From Alphaproteobacteria bacterium (lineage in GTDB: Bacteria; Pseudomonadota; Alphaproteobacteria; UBA828): a stretch of 64,000 bases of DNA. The notes under the pieces were generated by a model. It made no database searches and was not told the DNA's origin. It was given only the letters and a program-made list of their open reading frames with translations. Within the stretch, counting starts at the first letter, position 1; each line of letters opens with the position of its first letter. The translations under genes and the position numbers were made by a program. Location: contig CBDCRW010000005.1 of assembly GCA_965221125.1 (NCBI GenBank), positions 32,001-96,000 of the forward strand, read 5' to 3'. Below are positions 10,371 through 20,137 of the stretch, one piece after another.

Positions 10371-11483
10371 CTAGCGTTGCTCGGTGTCCAGGCGCTTCTC
10401 GAGATTGAGCGAGTAGCGCGACATGCTGAAGCAGATCACGAAGAAGAACAGCGCCGCCAGCAGGAAGGTCTCGTAGTCGACCTTGCCGAGCCAGTCCGGG
10501 TTGGTCTGCAGCAGGCGCGCCTGGCCGAGGATGTCGAACAGGCCAATGATGATGACCAGCGTGGTGTCCTTGAAGAGGCCGATGAAGGTGTTGACGATGC
10601 CGGGGATCGAGATCTTGAGCGCCTGCGGCAGGATGATGAGCCGCATCGACTGCCAGTAGCCGAGCCCCATGGCCTGGCCGGCCTCGTACTGCCCGTTGGG
10701 GATCGCCTGCAGCCCGCCGCGGATCACCTCGGCCATGTAGGCGGACGCGAACACCGTGATGATGATCATCACCCGGATCAGCTGATCCAGCGTGACCTGG
10801 GGCGGCAGGAAGAGCGGCAGCAGGATGATTGCGACGAAGAGCAGCGTGATCAGCGGCACGCCCCGGATGAACTCGATGAACCCCACCGAGAACCAGCGGA
10901 CGATGGGCATGCGCGAGCGCCGCCCCAGCGCGAGGACGATGCCGATGGGCAGCGAGAGCACGATGCCGACGAGCCCGGCGATGAGGTTGAGCATGAAGCC
11001 GCCGAACTGGTCGGTGCGGACGACGTCGAGGCCGAGGCCGCCGACCAGCAGGAACCCGGCGATCACGGGGTACGCGAGCGAGAACCAGCGCCCGTAGCGG
11101 GCGTAGGGCAGCTTGTCGAACAGCATGTAGGCGAGGGCCGGCACCAGCAGGGCGATGCAGACGTTCACGCGCCAGTAGGCATCGGCCGGGTAGAAGCCGT
11201 AGAAGAACTGGGTGATGCGCTGGTCGAGCCAGGCCCAGCACGCGCCTTCGCTGGGGCAGTCCTTGCCGATCTCCCCGGTGAGCGTGGCGTCGATGAAGGC
11301 CCACTCGATCAGGCCCGGGATGACCAGCGCGAGCACGGCGACCGATGCCACCGTGAGCGCCGCGCTCAGCCAGTTGGAGAAGAGGTTGGCGCGCAGCCAG
11401 CCGATGACGCCCGTGCTGGTGAGCGGCGCGGGCCGCTCCGCCAGCATCTCCGCCCGGCTGCGATGGAAGGCGTGCTTCGTCAT
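10371..11483 (-). CDS. aapM: L-amino-acid ABC permease (AapM/BztC)
   Basis: WLRANLFS, GACW, FIEFIRGVPLI, SAYMAEVIRGGLQAI. Confidence 0.92.
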   Translation of the reverse strand: MTKHAFHRSRAEMLAERPAPLTSTGVIGWLRANLFSNWLSAALTVASVAVLALVIPGLIEWAFIDATLTGEIGKDCPSEGACWAWLDQRITQFFYGFYPADAYWRVNVCIALLVPALAYMLFDKLPYARYGRWFSLAYPVIAGFLLVGGLGLDVVRTDQFGGFMLNLIAGLVGIVLSLPIGIVLALGRRSRMPIVRWFSVGFIEFIRGVPLITLLFVAIILLPLFLPPQVTLDQLIRVMIIITVFASAYMAEVIRGGLQAIPNGQYEAGQAMGLGYWQSMRLIILPQALKISIPGIVNTFIGLFKDTTLVIIIGLFDILGQARLLQTNPDWLGKVDYETFLLAALFFFVICFSMSRYSLNLEKRLDTEQR

Positions 11484-12667
11484 CGTTCAACCAGCGCGAT
11501 GCGCTTGTTGTACCAGTTCATGAACGCGGACGTGAGCAGGCTCAGCACCAGGTAGAACGCCATGTAGAGGGAGATCACCTCGAGCGCCTGGCCGCTCTGG
11601 TTGAGGATGGTGTCGCCGATCGAGACGATGTCCTGGTAGCCGATGGCGACGGCAAGCGAGGAGTTCTTGGTCAGGTTGAGGTACTGGCTGGTCATCGGCG
11701 GAATGATCACGCGCAGCGCCTGCGGCAGGATGATCTTGCGCATGGTCAGCCCGCGCCGCAGCCCGAGCGCGCCGGCCGCCTCGGTCTGCCCCTTGGAGAC
11801 CGAGAGAATGCCGGCGCGCACGATCTCGGAGATGAAGGCGCCGGTGTAGGTGGAGAGCGCGAGCCAGAGCGCCACCAGCTCCGGCGTGATGTTGAAGCCG
11901 CCCTTCAGGTTGAAGCGCTTCTTCTCCGGGATGTCGAAGTCGAGCGGCTGGCCGACGGCGAAATAGACGACCACGGGGATGCCGACGATCAGCCCGAGCC
12001 CGACCCAGCCCACGGGGAAGGTGCGGCCCGTCTCGTCCTGGCGCCTCTTCGCCCAGCGGCGCACCAGGAAGGTCGCGACCGCGCCCACCAGGATCATCGC
12101 CAGCACGATGGCCGAGCCGTCCTCGAAGATGGGCGAGGGCAGGAACACGCCGCGGTTGTTGAGAAACGCCGCATCGCCGAGCGAGATGCTGTCCTTCACC
12201 TTGGGCAGCGCCAGCATGATCAGCCACCAGAAGATGATCTGCAGCAGGACCGGGACGTTGCGGGTGAACTCGACCCAGGTGGCCACGATGCGGCTGATCA
12301 GGTAGTTGTTCGACAGCCTGAGGACGCCCGTGACGAAGCCGATGGCCGTCGCGGCGAAGATGCCCATCACCGCGACGAGGACGGTGTTGAGCGCGCCGAC
12401 GACGAAGGCCTGCCCGTAGGTCGAGGTGGATGCGTAGTCGACGAGGCGCTGGTTGATGTCGAAGTTGGCGGTATCGAAGAGGAAGCCGTAGCCGGACGAG
12501 AGGCCGGCCTCGCGCAGGTTGGTGATCGTGTTGAGGACGACGAAGACGGCGATCCCCGCCAGCCCGACCACGATGAGAATCTGGAAGATGACGCCGCGGG
12601 CGCGCTCGTCGGTCCAGGCGCGGCTTATGTCGAAGCCGCGGCCACCTGGGGGCGCTCTCTTGCTCAC
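11480..12667 (-). CDS. aapQ: L-amino-acid ABC permease (AapQ/BztB)
   Basis: RNVPVLLQI, LNNRGVFLP, YLNLTKNSSLAVAIGY. Confidence 0.92.
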   Translation of the reverse strand: MSKRAPPGGRGFDISRAWTDERARGVIFQILIVVGLAGIAVFVVLNTITNLREAGLSSGYGFLFDTANFDINQRLVDYASTSTYGQAFVVGALNTVLVAVMGIFAATAIGFVTGVLRLSNNYLISRIVATWVEFTRNVPVLLQIIFWWLIMLALPKVKDSISLGDAAFLNNRGVFLPSPIFEDGSAIVLAMILVGAVATFLVRRWAKRRQDETGRTFPVGWVGLGLIVGIPVVVYFAVGQPLDFDIPEKKRFNLKGGFNITPELVALWLALSTYTGAFISEIVRAGILSVSKGQTEAAGALGLRRGLTMRKIILPQALRVIIPPMTSQYLNLTKNSSLAVAIGYQDIVSIGDTILNQSGQALEVISLYMAFYLVLSLLTSAFMNWYNKRIALVER

Positions 12668-12738
12668 GGTGGCGCCGCCCTCCTCAGGTTATCGAGGCAG
12701 TATCTCTCGTCTCAAATAAGCGCTGTCCGGCAATAAAT

Positions 12739-12772
12739 CGCCGTCCCGCCCGGCCGTGCGGGCGGGACGGCG
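12739..12772 (-). terminator. Intercistronic hairpin after aapJ
   Basis: CGCCGTCCCGCCC/GGGCGGGACGGCG, perfect 13-bp stem. Confidence 0.55.
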
Positions 12773-12783
12773 TCGCGTCGAAC

Positions 12784-13815
12784 TTAACGGAACGGAGGCG
12801 AGTAGAGGATGCCGCCGTCGGTGTACAGCGCGTTCAGGCCACGGCCCAGGCCGAGCGGGCTGTCGGGGCCGATATAGCGGTCGAAGATCTCCGCGTAGTT
12901 GCCTTCCGCGGCAATCGCGCGGACCGCCCACTGCGCATCGAGGCCCAGCATCTCACCCAGCGAGCCTTCCGTGCCCAGCATCCGGTTGATCTCCGGATGA
13001 TCGCCTGCGGCAGCGGCCATCTCGTTCACGTTCCCCTGGGTCACGCCGAGCTCCTCGGCCGTGATCAGCGCGTTGAGCGTCCAGCGCGCGATATCCGCCC
13101 ACTGGTCGTCGCCCTGGCGCACCAGCGGCCCGAGCGGCTCCTTCGAGACGATCTCGGGGAACACCATGTGCGCGCTCGGATCCTCGAAGGTGGTCTTCGT
13201 CGCGGCGAGACCGGAGGCGTCCGTGGTGTAGACGTCGCAACGCTCCGCCTCGTAGGCCGCGCGGGCCTCGGCGTTGGTCTCGATCGGCACCGGCTCGTAG
13301 GTGATGCCGTTGACGCGGAAGAAGTCCGCGAGGTTGAGCTCGGTGGTGGTGCCGGTCTGGATGCAGACCGAGGCGCCGTCGAGCTCGGTGGCGCTGCTGA
13401 TGCCCAAGGCCGTGCGTCCGATGAAGCCCTGGCCGTCATAGTAGTTGACGCCGACGAAGGTGAAGCCGAGGTCGACGTCGCGCGAGAAGGTCCACGTGGT
13501 GTTGCGCGAAAGCACGTCGATCTCGCCCGAGGCCAGCGCCGGGAAGCGCGTCTTGCCGGTCAGGTTGACGAAGGAGATCGCGTTGGCATCGCCGAGGACG
13601 GCAGCCGCCAGCGCCCGGCAATAGGCCACGTCGAAGCCGGTCCAGTTGCCCGCGTCGTCAGTGTAGGCGAAGCCCGGCAGGCCGGTGTTGATGCCGCACT
13701 TGAGCGTGCCTGCGGCCTTCACGTCGTCGAGTGTCGCTGCCTGGCCGGGAACCGCGCCCGCCGCCACCAGCGCACCGGCCACCGCAATGGCGCCGGCGAT
13801 TTTCTTGAAGCTCAT
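12784..13815 (-). CDS. aapJ: L-amino-acid ABC substrate-binding protein (AapJ/BztA)
   Basis: MSFKK signal peptide; LSRNTTWT.SRD, YYDGQGF, SKEPLGP, GGILYSPPFR. Confidence 0.93.
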   Translation of the reverse strand: MSFKKIAGAIAVAGALVAAGAVPGQAATLDDVKAAGTLKCGINTGLPGFAYTDDAGNWTGFDVAYCRALAAAVLGDANAISFVNLTGKTRFPALASGEIDVLSRNTTWTFSRDVDLGFTFVGVNYYDGQGFIGRTALGISSATELDGASVCIQTGTTTELNLADFFRVNGITYEPVPIETNAEARAAYEAERCDVYTTDASGLAATKTTFEDPSAHMVFPEIVSKEPLGPLVRQGDDQWADIARWTLNALITAEELGVTQGNVNEMAAAAGDHPEINRMLGTEGSLGEMLGLDAQWAVRAIAAEGNYAEIFDRYIGPDSPLGLGRGLNALYTDGGILYSPPFR

Positions 13816-13967
13816 TCCCGTCCTCCAGTTCCAGTTTCTCCGCACGCCCGCTGCAGATGGCCTGCCGCGACGCGAGGGGGCGGCCATTATAGCCCGCCAC
13901 CTCGGCGCACGTAGTCCGCAGTCTAGGAAACGGGACTAGGACTAAGCAAGCCCCGCATCGTCGGGGC

Positions 13968-16057
13968 CAGGAACATTTTTTAGTCATGGCTGAGAGGGCG
14001 GGATGACCGAGAGCGGGCAGGCTTGGGCCGATGAAGGTCCTGGCCGAGCTTGGCTGGGCGGCTGCATGGGGTCCGCGGGGGCCGGTAGGGCTCGGTTTTC
14101 GGGCTCGCCGGGCAAAGCGATCCCGCCGCGCCGTTCGACGGCGCGTCCCGTCGCGCTCTGCGACGCGGTTACGCCCGCAGGATCATGCAGCGGGCGCGAT
14201 CAGGATCGCGTCGAGAGCCTCCTGGGCGCGGGCGGCATAATGCCGGTTGGCCTCGGGCAGGAAGCGGAAGCGCCCGTCGCAGCGCACGATGGCGATGGCC
14301 GCGTTGGTCAGGCAGGAGAGATTGCGCGGCAGGTGGCGCACGTACGCCCGGCAGCGGTCTTCGTCATAGGTGAAGTCGCGCACGTAGTGCAGCCGGTTCT
14401 CGATGTGCCAGTGATTGCGGACCAGAGCCAGAAGCTCCTCGGGCCCGGCGCGGTCTGCGCCGAGCGAGGTCAGGCTCCAGGTCACCTCGACGCTGCGCTC
14501 GCCGGTCTTGAGGATCTCGCGCTCGCGTTCGATGCGCATCGCCTGGCGGCGTCCGTGAAGGTTGGCGTAGCCGTCCCATTCGGCAGCGGAGAGGTCGACG
14601 ACGGCGCAGCGGCGGCGCTCGATGCGGCCATGGCCCTTGTCGACGGTTTCGTGCCAGGGCGCGTCGGAGAAGTCGATCGCCTTGAGGTCTTCGAGGATGG
14701 TCTCCTGATTGTCCTTCACCGCGGTGACCACGTAGTCGGCGCGACGCCCGAGCAGGCAGCGCGCGGTCTCGTGCTGGGCGTGCATCGCATCGAGGGTGAC
14801 GGTCCGGCCTGCGAGGTCGAGACTGCTGGAGAGTTCGCGCACGGCGGGGATCTCGTTGCTCTTTCTATCGACCTCGACCTGTCCCAGGACCATGCCGGTC
14901 TTGTGCACCAGCGCCGCGACCATCATGCGCCGCCCGTCTTCGGTCTGCTTCGAGGCGCCGCGCAGGTCCTTTCCGTCCATGGCGACCGGGGCGTGCGCGC
15001 CGTCGTGCTGGCCGGTCCACCGGCCGATGGCGTTGTCCAGCGTCTCCGGCGGCAGGGCGGCGAGGATGTTGTGGAAGGTGGTGATCGCGGGCGCGGTGTA
15101 GCGCTTCTTCGAAGGGCTCCAGAACGCGCCGACCGCCTCGAGCTGCTCCTGCGAGAGCAGGGCGGCGAACTGGGCGAAGGCTGTCGAGCCCCGGTAGCCG
15201 GCAAGGCGGGCGGCGACGGCAACCGCCAGCACGGTCTTCAAGGGATAGCGCTTGCCCCGGGCATGGCGGCACTCGGGCACCTCGCCCAGGCACTCGAACA
15301 GGCTGCGCAGCCGGGGCGCCGTCATCGGCTCGCTGTGTTGCTCGGCGTTCCAGTTCGCCGGGATCTCGGCCCGGCTCAGCGCTTCGGCGGCGCCATCGCT
15401 AAGTTCGAACACGAAGACCTCCTTGGGCTGGCCGTGGTGGCGCCAGCGCGGAGCAGCTCCGGGGTCACGGGCAAAGCCGCGCGTCATCCCCAGCGAGCGC
15501 CAGTTCGACGCGCGGTAGCAGGTGCCGGCGAAGCGCGCGGGATCGACGAAGGTCTCGGCCAGGAGCGCCGGGTATCCATGCACCGCCTGGGTGTCCGCAG
15601 ACAGCCGCCGCAGGCTCAGCCCCAGAACCCGCGAGGCCAGGTTGGGAACCCGCTCAGGCGTCAGGATCACGAAGCGCGAGTTGTTCGCGATCAGATGCAG
15701 GCGCCGGAACTGCTGCTCCGCCGACCAGCCGATCCAGCGGTCGCGCGCGGCCAGCTTGAACGCGCCCGGCTGCCAGCCGATCAGGGCGAGCCAGGTCTCG
15801 CCATGCACCGCGACATGGCGCAGCCCCTTGCCGACGACGCCGTGGAATCGCAGGTAGTGGTGCTCCTCCACCAGCCGGTCCCAGCGCCGGTGCTCCCGCG
15901 CGCCCCAGGTCGGGCGCACCGTGACCGCACGCAGATCAATGGACGAATCCAGGCCCGGCAACGTCGCCATGGCCGCTACACTGCCACAGCGAAAACGAAA
16001 TGACCAGCGCCGCGATCACCTCACGCCGCTCGCCGGGCGGACAAAAAACGAGCCCTG
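13968..16057 (-). mobile_element. ISAs1-family insertion sequence
   Basis: 10-bp direct repeat TCGTCGGGGC at 13958-13967 and 16058-16067; imperfect CAGG...TTTTT.GTC terminal inverted repeats. Confidence 0.85.
14183..15970 (-). CDS. ISAs1 transposase with an N-terminal DUF4338-like domain
   Basis: N-term NNSRFVIL..NLASRVL..ETFVD..GTCYRASNW; C-term MDGK, KSNEI, DAMHAQ, VKDNQ, HGRIERR, RNHWHIENRLHYVRD. Confidence 0.9.
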   Translation of the reverse strand: MATLPGLDSSIDLRAVTVRPTWGAREHRRWDRLVEEHHYLRFHGVVGKGLRHVAVHGETWLALIGWQPGAFKLAARDRWIGWSAEQQFRRLHLIANNSRFVILTPERVPNLASRVLGLSLRRLSADTQAVHGYPALLAETFVDPARFAGTCYRASNWRSLGMTRGFARDPGAAPRWRHHGQPKEVFVFELSDGAAEALSRAEIPANWNAEQHSEPMTAPRLRSLFECLGEVPECRHARGKRYPLKTVLAVAVAARLAGYRGSTAFAQFAALLSQEQLEAVGAFWSPSKKRYTAPAITTFHNILAALPPETLDNAIGRWTGQHDGAHAPVAMDGKDLRGASKQTEDGRRMMVAALVHKTGMVLGQVEVDRKSNEIPAVRELSSSLDLAGRTVTLDAMHAQHETARCLLGRRADYVVTAVKDNQETILEDLKAIDFSDAPWHETVDKGHGRIERRRCAVVDLSAAEWDGYANLHGRRQAMRIEREREILKTGERSVEVTWSLTSLGADRAGPEELLALVRNHWHIENRLHYVRDFTYDEDRCRAYVRHLPRNLSCLTNAAIAIVRCDGRFRFLPEANRHYAARAQEALDAILIAPAA

Positions 16058-16283
16058 TCGTCGGGGCGCCATGCAGACGAAAACTTTGGATATGCCGAAA
16101 CGGCACGACTGGGAACGAATTTCGGCGTGGGTCTGCGACGCACGATTGCCGCCCCCGGCATGCCGCCCTTGAGGCCGGGCGGGCGGGACGGGATGATGTC
16201 GGCGCCGGGATGCCGGGCACCTCCCTGGCCCCTCGGGGCCGGGGGACGAGGGCGGGGGCAATCGTGACCGATGCAGCGCAATC

Positions 16284-17252
16284 ATGGGCGAGCCCGTCAG
16301 CCGCGGCCTGGCGGCGACACGGGCGGCGCAGGTGACGCGCGCGGCCTCTTCGCCCGGCGAGTCCCTGCCGCGCCGGGGCTTCGTCCTGCTGGCGGCGCTG
16401 ACGCTGCTCTGGGGCGTCAACTGGCCGATGCTCAAGCTCGCCCTCTCCGAGCTTCCCGTGCTGACCTTCCGCGGGCTCTGCCTCTTCTGCGCTGGCCTCA
16501 TCATCATCGCGTTGCACCGGGCGCTCGGCCGCTCGCTCCGCGTGCCGCGCCACCAGTGGTGGCCGCTGCTGGTCTCGGGCTTCTTCAACATCACGGTCTG
16601 GCATCTCGCGACCGGCTTCGGGCTGCTCTACACGACCTCGGGCCGGGGCGCGATCATCGCCTACACGATGCCGATCTGGACCGTGCCGGTGGGCTACGCG
16701 GTGCTCGGCGAGCGCCCCGGCTGGCGCCGCCTCAGCGCGCTGGCGCTGGGCTCGGCCGGCCTCGGCGTGCTGATCGCGAGCGACGCCCATGCCCTCGGCG
16801 CCGCACCGCTCGGGCCGCTGCTGGTGCTCACGGGCGCCGTCGGCTGGGCCTGCGGCACGGTCGCGCTCAAGCGCGTCGACTGGCAGGTCTCCATGTGGGT
16901 GCTGGTCGGCTGGCAGTGCCTGATCTGCGGCGTGCCGATCTTCGTGGCAGCCGCCGTGGTGGACGCGGACGCGCTGGCGTTCCCGTCGCTCTGGCCGCTG
17001 GTCTCGGTGATCTACAACATCCTCGCGCCGTTCGTGATCTGCTACTACCTCTACTATGAGATCGTGCGGCTGTTCCCGACCGGCGTCGCCACGGTCGGCA
17101 CCCTCGGCATCCCGATGATCGGGCTGTTCAGCGGCGCGCTGATCCTGAACGAGCCGCTCGGCTGGACCGAGTTCACGGCCCTGGGCCTCGTCATCGCGGC
17201 GCTCGCGGTGCCGGTGGTGACCCGGCCGGAGAGTTTTCGGCGCGGCGGATGA
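16284..17252 (+). CDS. DMT/EamA family transporter
   Basis: LLWGVNWPM..., about 10 TM segments; start may be a few codons later. Confidence 0.9.
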   Translation: MGEPVSRGLAATRAAQVTRAASSPGESLPRRGFVLLAALTLLWGVNWPMLKLALSELPVLTFRGLCLFCAGLIIIALHRALGRSLRVPRHQWWPLLVSGFFNITVWHLATGFGLLYTTSGRGAIIAYTMPIWTVPVGYAVLGERPGWRRLSALALGSAGLGVLIASDAHALGAAPLGPLLVLTGAVGWACGTVALKRVDWQVSMWVLVGWQCLICGVPIFVAAAVVDADALAFPSLWPLVSVIYNILAPFVICYYLYYEIVRLFPTGVATVGTLGIPMIGLFSGALILNEPLGWTEFTALGLVIAALAVPVVTRPESFRRGG

Positions 17253-18232
17253 ACGACAGGGCCTCAAGCTGCTGGGTGCTCACCGAAGGCATCGCCGGCA
17301 CCGAGAACCAGTGCCTCGGGCTCGCCGAGGCGATGGGCGAGACGCCAGAGATCAAGCGCGCCGCCCCCGCCGCGCCGTGGCGGCACCTGCCGCCGGCGTG
17401 GCTGGCGCCGCCGCTCCACGCATTGCGCGCCGGCAGCGATGCGCTGCAACCGCCCTGGCCGTCGCTCCTGATCGCCAGCGGGCGCAAGGCGGTGGGCCTC
17501 GCGCTCCGGCTGCGGCGCGTGGCCGGCTGCTTCACCGTCTGCGTCCAGAATCCGCGCGCAGCGCCCGAGCGCTTCGACCTGGTGGTGGCCCCGCGCCACG
17601 ACGGGCTGAGCGGCGCCAACGTGGTCGAGACCCGGACCGCCCTGCACCGCGTCACGCCCGCCCGCCTCGCCGCCGCAGGAAAACAGTTCGCACCGGACCT
17701 GGAGAGCCTGCCCCGGCCGCTGGTGGCGGTGCTGGTGGGCGGCGCGAGCCGGCGGCACCGCTTCGCGCCGTCGGACGGCGCGGCGCTCGGCCGGGCGCTG
17801 GCGGCGATGGCGGCGGATGCCGGCGCGGGGCTCGCCGTCACGGCATCGCGGCGAACGGCGGCGGCGAGCATGGCGGCGCTCACCGACGCGCTCGGCGAGA
17901 CGCCCGCGCGCATCTGGCGCGGCGACGGCGAGAACCCCTATTTCGGCTATCTGGCGCTGGCCGATGCGATCGTCGTCACCGGCGATTCCGTCAGCATGAC
18001 CTCGGAGGCCTGCGCCACCGGCAAGCCCGTCCATGTCGCGCCCATGCGGGGGCGCTCGTCGAAGCGGATCGACCGCTTCTTCCACGGGCTTGCGGAGGAC
18101 GGGCTGGTCACGCCGTTCACGGGCCGGATCGAGGACTGGGCGCCGCGCCCGCCGCTCGACGAGACCGCGCGGGCGGCGGCGATCGTGCGCGAGCGGTACG
18201 AGGAATGGGTAGCCTCTCGTCCCGCCCCTTGA
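17249..18232 (+). CDS. ELM1/DUF1022-like putative glycosyltransferase
   Basis: GTENQCLGLAEA, FDLVVAPRHD, GENPYFGYLA.AD.IVVTGDSVSM.SEA. Confidence 0.88.
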   Translation: MNDRASSCWVLTEGIAGTENQCLGLAEAMGETPEIKRAAPAAPWRHLPPAWLAPPLHALRAGSDALQPPWPSLLIASGRKAVGLALRLRRVAGCFTVCVQNPRAAPERFDLVVAPRHDGLSGANVVETRTALHRVTPARLAAAGKQFAPDLESLPRPLVAVLVGGASRRHRFAPSDGAALGRALAAMAADAGAGLAVTASRRTAAASMAALTDALGETPARIWRGDGENPYFGYLALADAIVVTGDSVSMTSEACATGKPVHVAPMRGRSSKRIDRFFHGLAEDGLVTPFTGRIEDWAPRPPLDETARAAAIVRERYEEWVASRPAP

Positions 18233-18564
18233 ACCGGCGACGCGCCCGCCCCTAACCCGCACCATGGTGCTTTGTCAGAAGGTTATTCAATACACCAGAT
18301 TGGGCCGAGAATGTGTGCCAATTAGGTGCGGTATATCAGCGTATTAGGGAATATCGACGAATGCTCTGTCGCGTTGGCCCAAGATTCCAGGCACCACATA
18401 GGCGCAACCAGATTTCGCATTCCTGCGTACACGATTCGCCTATTCAATAGGACTTTTGCCACCGACTTTCCGAATATCGAAATTACAGCCGGCGCCAACT
18501 TCGCTCTCGTCATCAGCATTGAGGGATGTAAGCAACGCGAGCGGGGCCGCATCACACGCCCGCG

Positions 18565-19305
18565 TCAACCGTTTCTTGCCTCCCGATGCCGGTGAGCCCT
18601 GGGATCGAAGTTGTAGGCGTGCGACCACATGCCACGCTTAGCTTCACGCGCCTCTCGCTCGACGAGTCTGTAGCGGTCATCATAGGCAGCGATCGCATGT
18701 CCTTCCCGCACCAGCCATTCACCTATGTCCATGCCTTTGTAGGTTACGGCGCCGAGCAGGCGGCCGAACTTGTCCGTACCCTCGACGGAGACGCGGACGT
18801 GTCTGCCACCGATTTCCCGAATGAGCGCGCTCTTCACGCGCTTCCCGTGGTTGAACCAGTAGCCGTCCCGATGCTTGGCCATCTGATCCCATTCGGGCGC
18901 GTCCAGCCCGGCGAGGCGCACTTCCTGCCTCGCCACCCGTATTCCGTCGCCGTCGGTCACATAAGCCTTGCCTGTGATCGTATGGGGGGGGCTCTCGACC
19001 CGGTGAGCCGGGTGGAGCTGTGTGACGGATGACTTACGGGAGGCCGCGCGCCCTCGTCCGGTTCTTGTCGAATAACCCTTGTCCCGAAGCCGGCGAGGAC
19101 GCTTTCTGAAGGCGACTTCGCGCAAGATGACGATGGTGACGACGAGCGCAATCAACCACCACCAACTCGCGACCAATCTGAAGACCGGTTCCAACAGTGC
19201 ATCCGCCAAGCCAATCCTGTCCAACTGGGTTTCCTCCGATCTTGGTGTGCCCGCCTGCGGAGTGGCCAATGTATCCATTCGCATCGCGGTCCGCCACGGC
19301 AGCAT
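18565..19305 (-). CDS. Membrane-anchored thermonuclease (SNase family)
   Basis: DGDGI..VRLAGLDAPE..DKFGRLLG..LVREGHA; N-terminal TM segment; start uncertain. Confidence 0.85.
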   Translation of the reverse strand: MLPWRTAMRMDTLATPQAGTPRSEETQLDRIGLADALLEPVFRLVASWWWLIALVVTIVILREVAFRKRPRRLRDKGYSTRTGRGRAASRKSSVTQLHPAHRVESPPHTITGKAYVTDGDGIRVARQEVRLAGLDAPEWDQMAKHRDGYWFNHGKRVKSALIREIGGRHVRVSVEGTDKFGRLLGAVTYKGMDIGEWLVREGHAIAAYDDRYRLVEREAREAKRGMWSHAYNFDPRAHRHREARNG

Positions 19306-19744
19306 CAGTCGAAAGCGTTCTATCGGGCACCGCCTGCATCGTGTGGATGTCTGACCTTGGATCTCATCGCCTTAGGGATTTTTCACGGCGCCTTGTTGCG
19401 GCGGCCCGCAAGGCGTCGTCGTCGAGGCGGGCACAAATTGTGGTCGTGGTGAGCCGCTCTTGGTCCTAGCGATCTTCAAACGGTGGCGAGGCCAAGTCGT
19501 TCGTGGTTCCTTGCGGGCTTGCGCTCGCTGCGCCATCGCCTCGTCGATGACTCCCCGGGCGGATGTCCTTGCCATCTTGCCCGCTTCCGGCAGTTCCCCA
19601 TCCCGGCGGCCCTCCCTAACCCACTTCGCCCCGGTGCCCACACATCCAGTAGAGGGCGAGGCCGGCCGTGACGGGCGGCGGGGCGGGCGGCCTGGCGCGA
19701 GGATGCGCCTGCCGCTCGCGACCGCGAACCGGGGAGAGCAGACG

Positions 19745-20065
19745 ATGAGCACGGCGAGAACCATCCAACGCGCAGCCAGCACCTACCTGGTGCACTTCTT
19801 CGGCGGCGGCCTCCAGGAGCAGGGCCGCTACGTGGTCGAGAGATACGAGACGGCGGCCTCGGGCGAGATCCGCCCGGTCGCTGCCGACAAGCAGAGCGCG
19901 GGGCGGCGAAGGCGGCGCACGACCCTGTCGTGCCGCGCCGTCCGTCGGCTTCGACCGGTCCCCAACGAGATCATAGTCGCCACCAATGTCAGCCGCGACG
20001 CGGGCATGCAGCTGTTCGGGTACACCGCCGCCGGCATCGCGCTGCGCGGCAAGTGGCGCTGCTGA
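19745..20065 (+). CDS. Hypothetical protein
   Basis: GGAGAG RBS then ATG, 106 aa; no family recognised. Confidence 0.4.
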   Translation: MSTARTIQRAASTYLVHFFGGGLQEQGRYVVERYETAASGEIRPVAADKQSAGRRRRRTTLSCRAVRRLRPVPNEIIVATNVSRDAGMQLFGYTAAGIALRGKWRC

Positions 20066-20137
20066 CGGGCGGCCTGGCCGGGGGCGTCGCCGGCCGCCCT
20101 CCCGGCCTTCGTCTACACCCACGTCTTCGAGGTTGCC

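Noticed and set aside
18233-18560. tRNA/att integration site or small gene at the island boundary
   Set aside because: No cloverleaf or matching direct repeat found; the short ORFs have no recognisable motifs
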